Origin: Octopus sinensis
Lineage: Eukaryota
Reading direction: 5' to 3'
DNA: 64,000 nt
Assembly (NCBI RefSeq): GCF_006345805.1
Contig: NC_043012.1
Span: forward strand, 23,250,001-23,314,000
Below the pieces are notes generated by a model. The model searched no databases and was not told where the DNA came from. It worked only from the letters and a program-made list of their open reading frames with translations. Below are positions 12,161 to 25,400 of the stretch, in pieces; position 1 is the first letter of the stretch; every line of letters starts with the position of its first letter. The translations under genes were made by a program, and so were the position numbers.

Positions 12161-13850
12161 CATGCTTGGTGTTATAAAAGAGTCGGTAAGGAAAAGGACC
12201 AAGGACATCTTATGAGTGCTATAACCTTTCTCTACTGCTGTCTACTACATACTTAACCATAGCATTATCTTTGGGTCCTCAGGCCCATGGAGCTCTCTGG
12301 GAAAGGCAAATGGCAAATGTCTAGTGTCCCTGTTTTAATCCTATGGCATATGAACTGGCCACATTTAGCCCAAACATTATACCTGTTTTATGTTGAAACT
12401 GGCTAGATTAGGCCTCTCACACCGACCTTACAATGTCATTCCAATCACATCATTGAAATCTCGATGCTATGGGATAAGGCATGATTAATTCAAAGTAATG
12501 TGGATAAATAAACAATATTTAACAGAGTAATCTGAATGCTAAAGGGTTAAAGTGACCCTGAAGAGGATGACAAAGGTATATGTATGTATGTGTGTGTGTG
12601 TGTGTGTATGTATGTATAGGCGGGAGAGGTGGTAAAATTAGGTACTTATTACTTGTCCACAGAAAAGAAATATCCAAAAGATCGATGACACGATAGGATA
12701 TACAACACATTGGTCTAATCTACGGTTGGCTTTTTCTCTTTTTCTAATGGTCAGCTGTATGGCAGAGACAGTAACTTAACCATTTCTGCTGCGCCTGTGC
12801 AGTTTCCAGAAGCAAGTGCCTAGCTTCAACTACATTTACCACCTCTCCACTCATAGAAACGCTACAAAAGAAAAAAGCAAGTCGACTTGCTATCGACTAA
12901 TGACCAGCTCACTGAATTAATCTTAAACCTTTAGCATTTACACCAGCCAAATCCTGCCAAAATATTCTACTTGTTTTATTTTCAAACTGGCTGTATCTTG
13001 TCTCTCACGCATACCCTACAATGTCACATCATTGAAATCTTGAGGGTACAAGATAATGCATGATTAATTGAAAACAAAGTGAACAAATAAGTATTACATT
13101 TGAGAGAAAAAAGTCAGAATGCAAAAGAGTTTATCCTTATGATGATATAGCATGCAACAAACCTGGACCTTTTCCTTACAGTATGATCCATGGGACAGGC
13201 TTTCATCTCCTCTAATTTCCCTATAAAAGTTTGAGTTGATCCAAGGCTGTAGTAAAAGATATTTACCCAAGGTGCCAAAAGGAATCAAATGTAGGACGTT
13301 GTGATTGCAAGACTAACTTCTTATGTTGTTAGCTGCATGGTTTTGGAAAAATTTTTAAATGTCTGTTATTTATCTTTTATTTGTTTCGGTCATAGGATTG
13401 TGGCCATGCTGGAGCACTGTCTTGAAGTGTTGAACAGATTGACGCCAGTCTTACTTTCAAATCTGGTATTTATAGAATAAGCACCAGATTTAGGACCCCA
13501 CAACTTAGAAATTCAGCAGAAGTTGAAGAAGAGAAATCGGTGAGAGACAACAGAATTTTATATCCTCTAAATTAAAAAAAAAAAAAAAAAACTGGCAACA
13601 ACTTGAAATGCGGAATAGATAAAACAGGGGACAACTGATGAAGGGATTGCTCGTTATGTTGCCTGTCTTGTTTCTCTATTTGTTTCTTTCGTTGTCCGAA
13701 AAACAGTTTATTTTCCATGTTTTTGTTGTTTTTTTCTGTTCTCGTTTTACATTTTGTTCACGTTTTTTTGATGTCATGTGCCCATATATGCATGTATATA
13801 TACATATATATGTAGGTATGTACATATACATATGTATATATGCATATATA

Positions 13851-13895
<45 letters not shown>

Positions 13896-14151
13896 CATAT
13901 GTGTATATGTGCATATATATATATATATATATATACATACATATGTGTATATGCGCATATATATATATATATATATAATATATATATATACATACATATG
14001 TGTATATGCATATATATATTATATATATATGTGTATATTATTTATATATATATCTTGGTTAACAAGGCTATTATTGTTTCATGCTGTGAATTCTCATCAA
14101 TTATCACGCTTGTCACATGGGATGTCAGTACTTGTTTGTATTTTGGATGAG

Positions 14152-14185
<34 letters not shown>

Positions 14186-14189
14186 CATA

Positions 14190-14222
<33 letters not shown>

Positions 14223-14926
14223 ATATAAAACAAGCTTTCCCACAGTTTCCCTCTATGACTTGTAGAAGACACTGTCCCAAGGTGCATGCAATGGGACTGT
14301 ACCTGAAACCATGAGGTTGCAAATCAAGCATCTTAAGCACACAGCCACGATGCCATCTATATATACATATACATACATACATACATACATACATACACAT
14401 ATATATATCATGTATCTACATAGCTACACACAGATGCACACAGAACACATGACAAACAGACGTAGAGTTTTTTTTTTTTCCCATGCTCAGACGAAGCAGT
14501 TTGCTTATTTGAGTGAATCAAAAGTTATTTATCACTCTGTAAATATAGATACGTGTAAGTGTATATTGTAATGGAGAAGATTAGTCATCCTGTCAGAGAT
14601 GGTGAAGAATAAAGCAAAAAAGACGCTGAGCAACAGAGTGGAATGGCTTGTAAGTTCTGAGAAAAAGATTGAGCATTTAGTATGTAAATAGGATGGTCTG
14701 CAGAGGTCAGCTGGGAAAAACTTTTAAACTTAAGCACAGCAACAACATGTCCACAAACAGAGATTAACAACAACAACAACAAAGCAAATAAAAGCAAATA
14801 AAAACAAAAAAAAATCAAAACAATCATTAACAATACAACAGAACATTATTGCCATTTTTTCTCCTTCTAAGCAAAAACAAAAATATTTAAGAAAAATGTT
14901 ATACTTTGTTGCATATATATATATAT

Positions 14927-14970
<44 letters not shown>

Positions 14971-15432
14971 TATGTATGTATATATATATATATATATAAT
15001 ATATATATATATATATAATATATATATGCATGTATGTATAAGTGTATGTACATATATGTATGTATATATGTATGTATGTATATATATGTGTGTGTTTTTA
15101 AATCTTCAGGGTAAATAATGAAATGAAATATCCTTTTCTGGGCTGATGGAGATAAGGCAGCTTCTATATCAGTAGGCTGATAAAACATGCATTAATAACC
15201 ATTGACAGCAGGGAAGGAAGAGGAGGAGCAGTGCGGTGGGGGAAAAAGGAAGAGTTTGGATACACATGAATGGCTTTTGAAATCCTTCAAAGATCAAATT
15301 ATAGAAATAGGGGAAAAGGGAGATAACTACTAATCTTGGCAAGAAGAAACAAGGTGAAATGCAAAGAAATGGAGAAAAAAAAAACCAAACAAATAAACAC
15401 AAAACAAAACAAAAGGGCATGGTAGATGGTGG

Positions 15433-15466
<34 letters not shown>

Positions 15467-15515
15467 ACAGTAATATAAGTAGAAGTGAAATGAAGAGCAG
15501 GAAGTGTATGAGTGA

Positions 15516-15577
<62 letters not shown>

Positions 15578-16799
15578 TGTGTGTGTTGTTGGGGGTATTT
15601 GGAAAATAATATCAAAGTAGAAAGGGAAATGAGAAGAAAAAAATATATATCTAGTAAAATATGAAAGGGTAATAATAAATAAAATACGGACTGAAAAATA
15701 AATGAGTTAAAAAAAAAATAACAGAAAAATAAATTAAAAACTAGAAAAATAAATTGAGAGATAAATGAATGGGAAAATAAACTAGACAGAGAAGAGGAGA
15801 GTATGGGGAGATGGAAGTAGGGGAAAGAGGAGGAAAGTGTGGCCCATGAATAGTACCAGGAAGACTGATGATGATGATGATGATAATGTAGACTGTGAAT
15901 GGAATTGAGTAGATGGTTGAGAAAATGAGAAAACAGAGAGGAAGAGAGAGAAGAAGAAGAGAGAGAGGGGGAAGGAAAAGATGTATTTAAAAAAAAAAGG
16001 GTGGGAGAGGAGAAATTGCAGTAGATGGATGGGTTATAAGGAAAACAAGAATGGTAAAAGCATGGCAAAGAGCGGCTGAATGGAAAAGCAAAGAAACAAG
16101 GGAGACAGAAGATAAGAAATGGATAGAAAACATGGAGAATTTATCCAATCTAGTTTTGGTAAATAATAGAAAGGAAAAAACGAAACTTTGAGAGCTGAAC
16201 TGAGCAAGAGAGAAGAAGAAGAACAACAACAACAGCAATAATATGAGAGAGAGAGAGAGAGATAGAAGAAAAGGAAAGCTAACAAATATCTCTTCAAGAG
16301 ATTACTATCTGCTGTTACCTTGGTAACCTCAGGCTGTCTGAGTTCAATGGACACTTGTAAGGGATAAAGGCAAGCAGACAAGTGGACAGAATGCTTGTTG
16401 TTTATTTAGCCCCAGCTTATTCTAAAGATTGAGTTTCTCGGACACAGTTTGCTAGAAAACTGAGAGGACAATAGTGTAAGGCATATGATGCATACATATA
16501 CAGACACACATATACATACACAAATGTACATGTATATACATATGTACAGATTTACCTTTTACTACTTTTAGTCATTGGACTGCAGCCAGACTGGAGCACT
16601 GCATTAAAGGGTTTAATGAAACAATCAACCCAAGCATCTAGTTTTTTTAAAGTCTAATATTTATTCCATTGGTCACTTTTGCCAAAGCACTAAGGGACAC
16701 AGACAAACCAACACCACAGACACATGTACCGTTAACATAGTTCTCAGGGAGATTCAGCGTGACACAGTGTGTGGCAAGGCTGGCCCCTTTGAAATACAT

Positions 16800-17674
16800 T
16801 TCGCATAAGAGTCCGACGGCCCCTATCTGAAAGTTTTGGTTTTCTTCTGGAGTTTTGTTTCGAAGAGGAGGTTTTTTCCCCTCTTTCTCAAAGGTTGTCA
16901 TTACTTTCGAGATGGTACTTGTTGATACACCAAACATTTCGGCTGTTTACGTTATGCTAGATCCTCCTTCATGTTTAACCGTTGGAAGAAGGCAGTCTGG
17001 GTCAAATGCTTCTTTTGGCTGTCTCCAAATGTATACTCAGCTGGTGTTTGGAAATAAGGAAAAGGATGACTCATCCAAGAAAATAACATTCTTCCACTGC
17101 TCTAGGGACCAATTCTGTAGGTTTTTACTCCACTCTAAAATGCTTTGCAACATTTGTTTTTAAAAGTAGTAGTTTTCTGATTGCAGCCCTCCCGTAAAAT
17201 CAGGCTTTGTGCAGCTCCCAATGAACAGTTTTTGTGGAAACTGAGTTCTCAAGGTGGTCATTAAACTTTGCAGTAACTTTGGGAGCTGTAATTTTGTGAT
17301 CCTTTCTAACAATTCGTGTAAGAGTCTGACAGCCCCTATCTGAAAGTTTTGGTTTTCTTCTGGAGTTTTGTTTTGACGAGGAGGTTTTTCCCTCTTTCTC
17401 AAAGGCTGTCATTACTTTCGAGACAGTACTTCTTGATATACCAAACATTTTGGCTGTTTACATTATGCTAGCACCTGCCATACAAGCACCAACAATTTGA
17501 CCTTTTTGAAAGTCTGATAAATCTATCATTTTAATGAATTTTAATTACCTTTTTCTGATATCTCAAAAGAAATAGCAATTTTAGCAAAACACATAATAAA
17601 TAAAAAAAACATGAAAATAAACAAGCTTTTGACAGTTTTATAGATATTTCAAAATTATGATGCTAGGTGTTTCC

Positions 17675-17680
<6 letters not shown>
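16800..17680 (-). mobile_element. Tc1-family transposase pseudogene with internal duplication
   Basis: ATG at 17529: MIDLSDFQKGQIVGACMAGASIM*TAKMFGISRSTVSKVM...RKPKLSDR...WKNVIFLDESSF...PTVKHEGGS, with stops and frameshifts; HTH segment repeated at 16800-16960. Confidence 0.9.
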
Positions 17681-17730
<50 letters not shown>

Positions 17731-18949
17731 CACGAGAATCCAATAAAGTTCAAACATCGATTAAGGTTGTTCATCAATTTTTCAATCAGCGGAGAAATGG
17801 CTAAAATTTGCCCTGTTTATAATTATACCATATGTTATGTATACATACACAATAGGCATCTACATGCTTTCTGTCTATCAAACTGACTCACAAAGTACTG
17901 AACCTGCAACCATGTGATTGCAAAAACAAACTTCTTAACCACGCAGCCATGTTTGTGCAATTTAATGTGTGTTTTTAAATATATATGTGTGTGAGTGTGT
18001 ATATATATATATATATATATAATAAATTAATAAATAAATAAAATATATGCATATATACATACATATATGTACGTACCTACCTCTACATGTATATATACAT
18101 GCATATATGGGTACAGGACACCAAAAAAACGTCGAACACAATGAGAAACGAAAACATAAACACAAAACCAAGGAAATGGAAATTTTTTTAAAACAACGAA
18201 AAAATAGAGTACAGGACATACAAAACAAGGAAAATTCCCCTTCTTCAGTCGTCTTAATTTAATCTACTCCATGTTTCGAAGGTCAAGCTTCGAATACATC
18301 AAGGTGTATAAGTCTGGGCAATTGTGTGTATATTATAAACAAGCCTGGGGGTTTATATTTGCCACTATAATAAGAAAAATCCAGCACATAAAGTGAAATA
18401 GTTGAAAATATAATTGATATATGTTCGTAATGATATTACTTTACTAATTAATAGGCAAGGGAAAAAAAAAACAAAGCAAAAAAAAAACATGACAAAATGG
18501 ATAATCTTGATGTAAAATATCTGACCCGCACCTTATGGTATTACGGAGATGCACTTGTGTAGACATCAGAAGTCTGAATAGAAATTATTGGAACACACAA
18601 CACTTTGAAATACGGAGGAACTTAAAGGATTTAGTGAAGTTGTGAGAAGTTTTGGAAAATAAAACCCCAAAGAAAACAGACATCAATAGTGATTAATTAC
18701 AAATCAAAAAATGTGAAAAATTATACAATTGGTACAGACTCGACAAACCAAAGGAAAAAAAAAAGTTTTAGGTTCAGTACTACACGTAGGACCTAGGGGT
18801 AAGTGTAACCTCAGGCTGAACATAACCTTTACTAGAGAATTTGGTAGTTGCAAAGTGAAAGGAGCCTGTCTCATATATATATATATATATCAACCCATGC
18901 TAGCATGGAAAACGGACGCTAAACGATGATGATGATGATGATATATATA

Positions 18950-19100
18950 TAGGGTCATCCAATAAATAATGTGTTTTTTTTATACTTCTTTTCTTTTTCA
19001 AAATTAAGATAAACCAATTTCTTTTTTAATCTAAACTATACTCTCCTTCATTTTCTGCAATGCTCTTCCATTTATCTGGTAGACTTGCAATGCCCTCGCT
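18950..19100 (-). mobile_element. Mariner transposase C-terminal remnant and probable end
   Basis: EGIASLPDKWKSIAENEGEYSLD* resembles the mariner C-terminus (GI..L..RW...+...G.Y); ends at TA-gggtcatccaataaataatg. Confidence 0.65.
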
Positions 19101-19463
19101 CAAATGTTGGTTTTCATGTACCTCCGGCACAAGTGCCAGTAAGGCAATGCCGGTAATGATCATGTTCAAATGGTGCTTTCTATGTGTCACCGGCACGGGG
19201 GTCAAAAGTTGATACAGATTGGCAATAGTGATGTTGCAACACATTTCTACAGATAAGTGAATTGGAGCAATGATTAAAACAAAGTGTCTTGCTCAAAAAC
19301 TCAACACAGAGCCCATCAAGTCTGGGAATTGAACTCACTACCAAATGATTGTGAACCTGGTGCTCTAACCACTGATCCATGTACCTTTACATATAGCTAA
19401 TTTATATGCTAAAGGTTTAAATGGAACCAGAATTCTTAGGTTAACACCATGTATATTCATATA

Positions 19464-19778
19464 TCACCGTGACCATCACCGTGACCGACCAGGCTATCAG
19501 ATGTTGCTACACATCGCTGGTCACAACGCGCTGTGCATTGTTTTAGCCTTTAGATGACGCCACCTCACTGGCTAAGCGAGCAGGCCAACAGAAGGAAGAG
19601 TGAGAGAAAGTTGTGGCAAAAGAGTACAGCAGGGATCGCCACCATCCCCTGCCGGAGCCTCGTAGAGCTTTAGGTGTTTTCACTCAATAAACACTCACAA
19701 CGCCCGGTCTGGGAATCGAAAGCGCGATCCTACAACTGCGAGTCCGCTGCCCTAACCACTGGGCTATTGCGCCTCCAC
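19464..19778 (-). mobile_element. SINE with family A head and a different 3' half
   Basis: Shares the head with 5323-5705 up to ...ctcactctt, then has an unrelated tail ending in tandem cacggtgat; TSD atattcatata at 19453-19463 and 19779-19789. Confidence 0.8.
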
Positions 19779-20874
19779 ATATTCATATATAAATATAGTA
19801 TTTGTGTTTCAAATTGTATTTTTAAAAAAACATGAAAATGTGTGTTTAAACTCACATACACACCTATGTGGATCTATTATCATTTAAATGCAATTTGTCA
19901 AAAAGAAATTCTTGCTATTTTAATGATGAAAACTAATACAAATATACGATGACTCAGCTGTAGGACATTCAATTATCAATACTAAAAAAAAAGTAATAAC
20001 AGTTTTGTATTACTTTTGTTAAAAATGAGAGCGTGATGGCTTGGAGAATGACAAGTGGGGTAACAAGAACAGATAATTTTGTGAGGACAGCTAAGAGTTT
20101 GGTGAGTCAACTTGGAACAAATCAACATAACGCAGAACTCTACATGAAAAAAAAATATATATAAAAGATGAAATAAATAAAAGCAAACATAAAAAATAAG
20201 ACCTATATCATTCTAATGCTTAATAATTTATAATCTAAAAATAAATAAAATTAAAAAAAAAACATTACCGATATTGGTGACAAATAACATAAGTTTTGTT
20301 TCGCGTTTTGTTTTATATAATATCTGTAAAAATTCTTGATAGTTGAATGCCCTTCATTAAAAATTACCTAAATAGGTGTTTTTTTTTTTTGCTGATTTTT
20401 GTCTTTTTAGCTGATACCTAACATTGGCAAAAGTTGAATCCTCAGCAGTCTCAAAAGTAAACCTATCTTAGCAGACAGAGTCAATAATCTTTAATTAAGT
20501 CCCTTAGCGCCAGAAAAGAAAAAACAAAACAAAAGAAAGGAAAAATGTCAAAACTTATGGATTTATTCTAAATCTTAATTTAATCAGTAAATAAATAAGT
20601 GAAGAGATAAAACAGTAGATAATCAGAGACTAAACAAATCTGAAAACTCACCAATGGCTTCAACAATCATCTGGGTTTTCATTGAATATATTATTGTTGT
20701 GATTGCTTCATTAACTGCCATTTCAGATACCAATTTTTATCATCAGAATTAATTAATCCTTTGGTAATTTCATATATTTAAATTTGTTTATTTCACTTTT
20801 CATTTATTTTATACAAAATTACATTTTATCTGAAAGTTTGCCTGGCAATTATGTTCACCATTACTTCTTATTTT

Positions 20875-21219
20875 TGTTTCATATTTCCTTATTTATTCAT
20901 TTCTTCTTCTTCTTCTTCTCCTTCTTCTTCCATATTTCCTTATTTATTCATTTCTTCTTCTTCTTCTTCTTCTTCTTCATCTTCTTCTTCATCTTCTTCT
21001 TCACCTTCTTCCATATTTCCTTATTTATTCATTTCTTCTTCTTCTTCACCTTCTTCTTCACCTTCTTCTTCTTCACCTTCTTCCATATTTCCTTATTTAT
21101 TCATTTCTTCTTCTTCTTCACCTTCTTTTTCTTCTTCATCTTCTTCTTCACCTTCTTCTTCTTCTTCTTCTTCTTCTTCTTCTTCTTCTTCACCTCCTTC
21201 TTCTTCTTCTTCTTCTTCA

Positions 21220-21256
<37 letters not shown>

Positions 21257-21260
21257 TCTT
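20875..21260. repeat. Compound minisatellite: 4 x [catatttccttatttattcattt + (TTC)n], then (TTA)n
   Basis: Unit heads at ~20880, 20931, 21013 and 21084. Confidence 0.9.
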
Positions 21261-22701
21261 TCCTTTTCTTTTTTTTTCCGGAAGCTAAGAGTTTTGGAGA
21301 GACTTTAACAAGTTTCGCAAAGTTTATGAGGAAATATTTTGTGAAAATATAATTTGAAGGTTTTCTAAGTCTCTTTGATTTTGTAATTGTTATTTCTTCT
21401 CCACCCACTTGTTAGCAATGTACCCCAGAACTAACCAATATTTTCCCTTACATTTTTCCATCCCTATCTATTTGGGTCTATGAGTGTGTGTGTGTGTGGG
21501 GGGGTTTAGAAGAACATGATTTAGTGGTTAGGATTTTGCATTCATGATTGTGCGATTGCAGTTTCAATTCCTGGACCAGTTGGTGCATCGCGTTCTTGAG
21601 CGAAATAATTCATCTTGCAATCACTTCAACATCCGATGCAAATCCGTTCAGGAAACATTGAATTGATGGAGGAAGGCAGCTGATGTACGATACATACGTT
21701 TGATCACTACAAACAAATCATCTGTGCAGGTTGTCCAACATGAAATTGCAGAACTATCTTTCTTGAACTACAAAAGACTACTGTCATTGTCCTCATCATG
21801 TGTTTAAAAGTTTAAGAGGTTTTCGCATGAGTCAATGCACCAAAACGGTTTCTCAAGATAAAGTTCTCACTCAAAGTGTTTTCTTCTTTCTATTTTATCA
21901 GTGCGTGTGTGTGTGAGTGGTTGATAAGCCGGCTTCTCATATTCAATAATTATAACCCTAGGCTTACCAATGTCTTGTCAGTGGATTTAGTAAACAGGAA
22001 CTGAAAGACCATCACACACACACACACACACAGACATATTTGTCTGCTGCCTTTACATCACAATTATTATACAACATACAAATTAGTGAATTAACAATAT
22101 TGTTACTGTTGGATAATTCCAGTTCTCTGCACTCTAGGATCAAATCCCATCAATGTCGGTTTTTGCTTTGTATTCTTTCAGTGTTTCTGAATAAAGTACC
22201 AATCATGAACTGGGGTTAAGGCTTTTTCTCATAGAATTAGTCAAGATAAATACATCCTCTACATCGTTGCTCAGCCTTGAGTCAACTCAAATGGATCTAT
22301 GACCAAAAGTATTTCAAACTATGAATATTTGATATTCTTGTATATTGAGGTTTCCACCATAAAAAAGGTCCAGTCCTTATTGAGGCATGGTGGCCTGTAT
22401 GCCTCAATGACCCCTTGAGAGCTGTGCCAGCAGAGTACAAACTCCGTGTAAGGCCTCCCATATCAGGAAGGTCAAAGGACAGAGACCAGACTAATACAGA
22501 TTATCTCTTCCTGGGGGTATAAATGTGTTTGCGTAGGACCAACAGTCCGACCAAGAAAAAAAACAGAGTAACAGGGGCATCAATGATAATTCAAGACGAA
22601 CAAGATCTGGAAGAAGAAGGCCTTTCCTCGGGGAAACATGACACGGTGCAGCAAAATCTGAAAGAAAGCTGCAAGGAAAATCAAGGAACCAACTGAAGAG
22701 T

Positions 22702-23076
22702 GGAGTGCGCAAGCACTCCGTCGGTTACGACAACGAGGGTTCCGGTTGATCCAATCAACGGAACAGCCTGCTCGTGAAATTAACATGTAAGTGGCTGAGC
22801 ACTCCACAGACACGTGTACCCTTAACGCAGTTGTCGGGGATATTCAGCGTGACAAGGCCGGCCCTTTGAAATACAGGTACAACAGAAACAGGAAGTAATA
22901 GTAAGAGAAAGTTGTGGTGAAAGAGTACAGCAGGGATCACCACCATCCCTGCTGGAGCCTCGTGGAGCTTTAGGTGTTTTCGCTCAATAAACACTCACAA
23001 CGCCCGGTCTGGGAATCGAAACCGCGATCCTACGACCACGAGTCCGCTGCCCTAACCACTGGGCCATTGTGCCTCC
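22702..23076 (-). mobile_element. SINE family A, inserted in an older RTE-like element
   Basis: Reverse complement of 5323-5705; 14-bp TSD accaactgaagagt at 22688-22701 and 23077-23090. Confidence 0.9.
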
Positions 23077-23617
23077 ACCAACTGAAGAGTAGCAGAAAGG
23101 ACAGCTAAAAGCCAAGAGTTGTGAAAAACAAAAAAAATCCAACAGCCTATGTTCCATAGACAGTGAAGGACTCAAATGGTCAAGAATACCCTGGCTTCAG
23201 ATATTGCATCATTCATATATAAAATATGCAACATCTTAAACTGAATATCAGAAAAATAAGCCAAAAAATATAAAAATAAAATAAAAAGACAAAATTCCAT
23301 TTCAGAAATGATAGATGAAATCCATCATTATGTCTAAAATTTTTCATTATTTTCATTCATTTTTTTGTTTCCTTTGGGCTAATTAAGACAAATTAGTAGT
23401 TAGAGTGTTGTTATGTTGAGAAATATATGACTATATGAAAAGATAACAATAATTCTTGTCAGTTATCTGAATGTGTAGTGTTTCATTTGCAGATTGTTTA
23501 TTTGGATATATTTATTTAATGATTCATTTACTTATCATCATCATCAGCAGCAGCAATGCCTGGCTATTGTGCTGCAGGAAGAAAATACTATGCACTGATA
23601 TGGAGCAGATTATATAA

Positions 23618-23649
<32 letters not shown>

Positions 23650-23698
23650 TATATATATATACACATAGAGGGAGTTATACAGATAAACACAATTAGGC

Positions 23699-23733
<35 letters not shown>

Positions 23734-24892
23734 GCATGTACATATATTTACACGGAGCACAAAAATTACAGAAAATATGAAGAAAATACATAGTGCAATG
23801 TGTGCGTGTGTGTGTGTGCATGCAGATATACATATATATTTGAGTGTATCTATGCATACAATTTCTTGAATGTATATTGTGCATATTTAAGCATATATGT
23901 ATGTGTGTATATGCATATATGTATGTAAAACAATTTAGATTCAAAAGAATATGGTACTTATCTTAGATGCACCAGAATTTTTTTATGGTATTAACCATAG
24001 AATGATGTGGGGTGATTATAACCAAAAAATAAGCAACAAGAATGGATCAGTAGTTTAGTACAATTGTTTCATACTATAAACATTTTATTTAAAGCTGCAA
24101 ATATTACAGCAAATATAATGTCAAGTATTCTTCAGCTAAATTTCATATAGGTTTTCCAAACATCTTAGAGAGTGTAAATATCCTTATAAAGTTATAGAAG
24201 TGAGTTCCAGGAACTTGAAGTAAGATTCCATGCAGACTGTATATATTTTCCAACAATACAAAGTTATTAAAATATATATGTATATATTTGTGTGTACATA
24301 TATATTCTTTAATTCTTTTATTTGTTTCAGTCATTTGACTGTGGCCATGCAGGAGTACTACCTTTTAATTGAACAAGTCAACCCCAGAACTTATTCTTTA
24401 TAAGCCTAGCACTTATTCTATCGGTCTCTGTTGTTAACACCATTGTCAAGATCCATAGTGAATCATAGAAGGCCCTCGACTCACAGAAAACAGGTTCCAG
24501 GCTGGATTCCAAAACTAGCAGGAATGCGGGGACCAGTGTATTGCCATACAAGGTAAGTATTTCAAAGGAGCTGACATTAAAACTTATGTAGATAATTCCT
24601 TTTATTATTAAACATAGCTTGCCCTGGAACTTTTTAATATCACCTCGTAACTTAACATGAAGTTTAGATAGAAATTTTCTTAAAAATCATGTTTTAAAAT
24701 AGGTACTTTATAACATAAAACCAGTGACAATCTCAGACAGGATGGCTATCAGAAGGATTAAAAGCAGTGGCCCAGCAACAAAATTTGCTAAGGGGGTTCA
24801 AACCCAGGTCCTAATCTTTTTAATGAAAAATGTGGATTTCTCCAATGTTAACATTAAAACAAATGCAGGTATAATAATAATTTTTATTATTA

Positions 24893-25400
24893 TGAGGGTC
24901 GGCTGAAATGTTCATAATCTGAGCAAGACACTCTCAATGGAACGTGACCAGATGAAGTTCATTTTCTAACATAGTTCCTCTTACTGTCCACACACTTCCA
25001 CTAGTAGTTGCAGTGCTTGGGTCGCACTGGTGAAGAAGCTTTTCTGTTGATCAAAATGGTCATCAACAACAGATAAGATGTTCTCATCATAGTGATACTG
25101 GTGCTCAGCTGAGTGTTTTTCTATATTGGGAAACAGATGATAACCAGAAGGAACCAAATCACTAACATAGGGAGGATGATCAGCCAGTTCAAAGCCAGTC
25201 ACACACAGCAGCCATTGAAGCCAAGGACTTGTGTGCTGAAGCATTGTCCTAATGAAACAAGACCCCATTCATCAGTTTTTTCTGGGTGTTTGGTCTTGAT
25301 AGCCCTTCATAACTCTCTTAGGAAGTTGGTATTGAAATTTTCCATTGATGGTGTGATCATTTTGAAGATAGCCAATAACCACAATATTTTTTGCATTAAT
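24893..25400 (-). mobile_element. Mariner transposase remnant with terminal repeat
   Basis: FELADHPPYVSDLVPSGYHLFPNIEKH is a degenerate HPPYSPDLAPSD motif; terminus gagggtcggctgaaatgttc. Confidence 0.85.

Noticed and set aside
13638-15188. Long YIYI/CVCV ORFs here and at ~2.4, 30.3-30.9, 51.0-51.9 and 62.0 kb
   Set aside because: Translations of (TA)n/(TG)n microsatellites, which lack stop codons.
15169-16068. 299-aa ORF, the longest in the track
   Set aside because: Antisense of purine-rich low-complexity DNA with (GAT)n and (GT)n; no domain recognised.
20784-21308. Poly-Phe and poly-Ser ORFs
   Set aside because: Products of the (TTC)n compound repeat.
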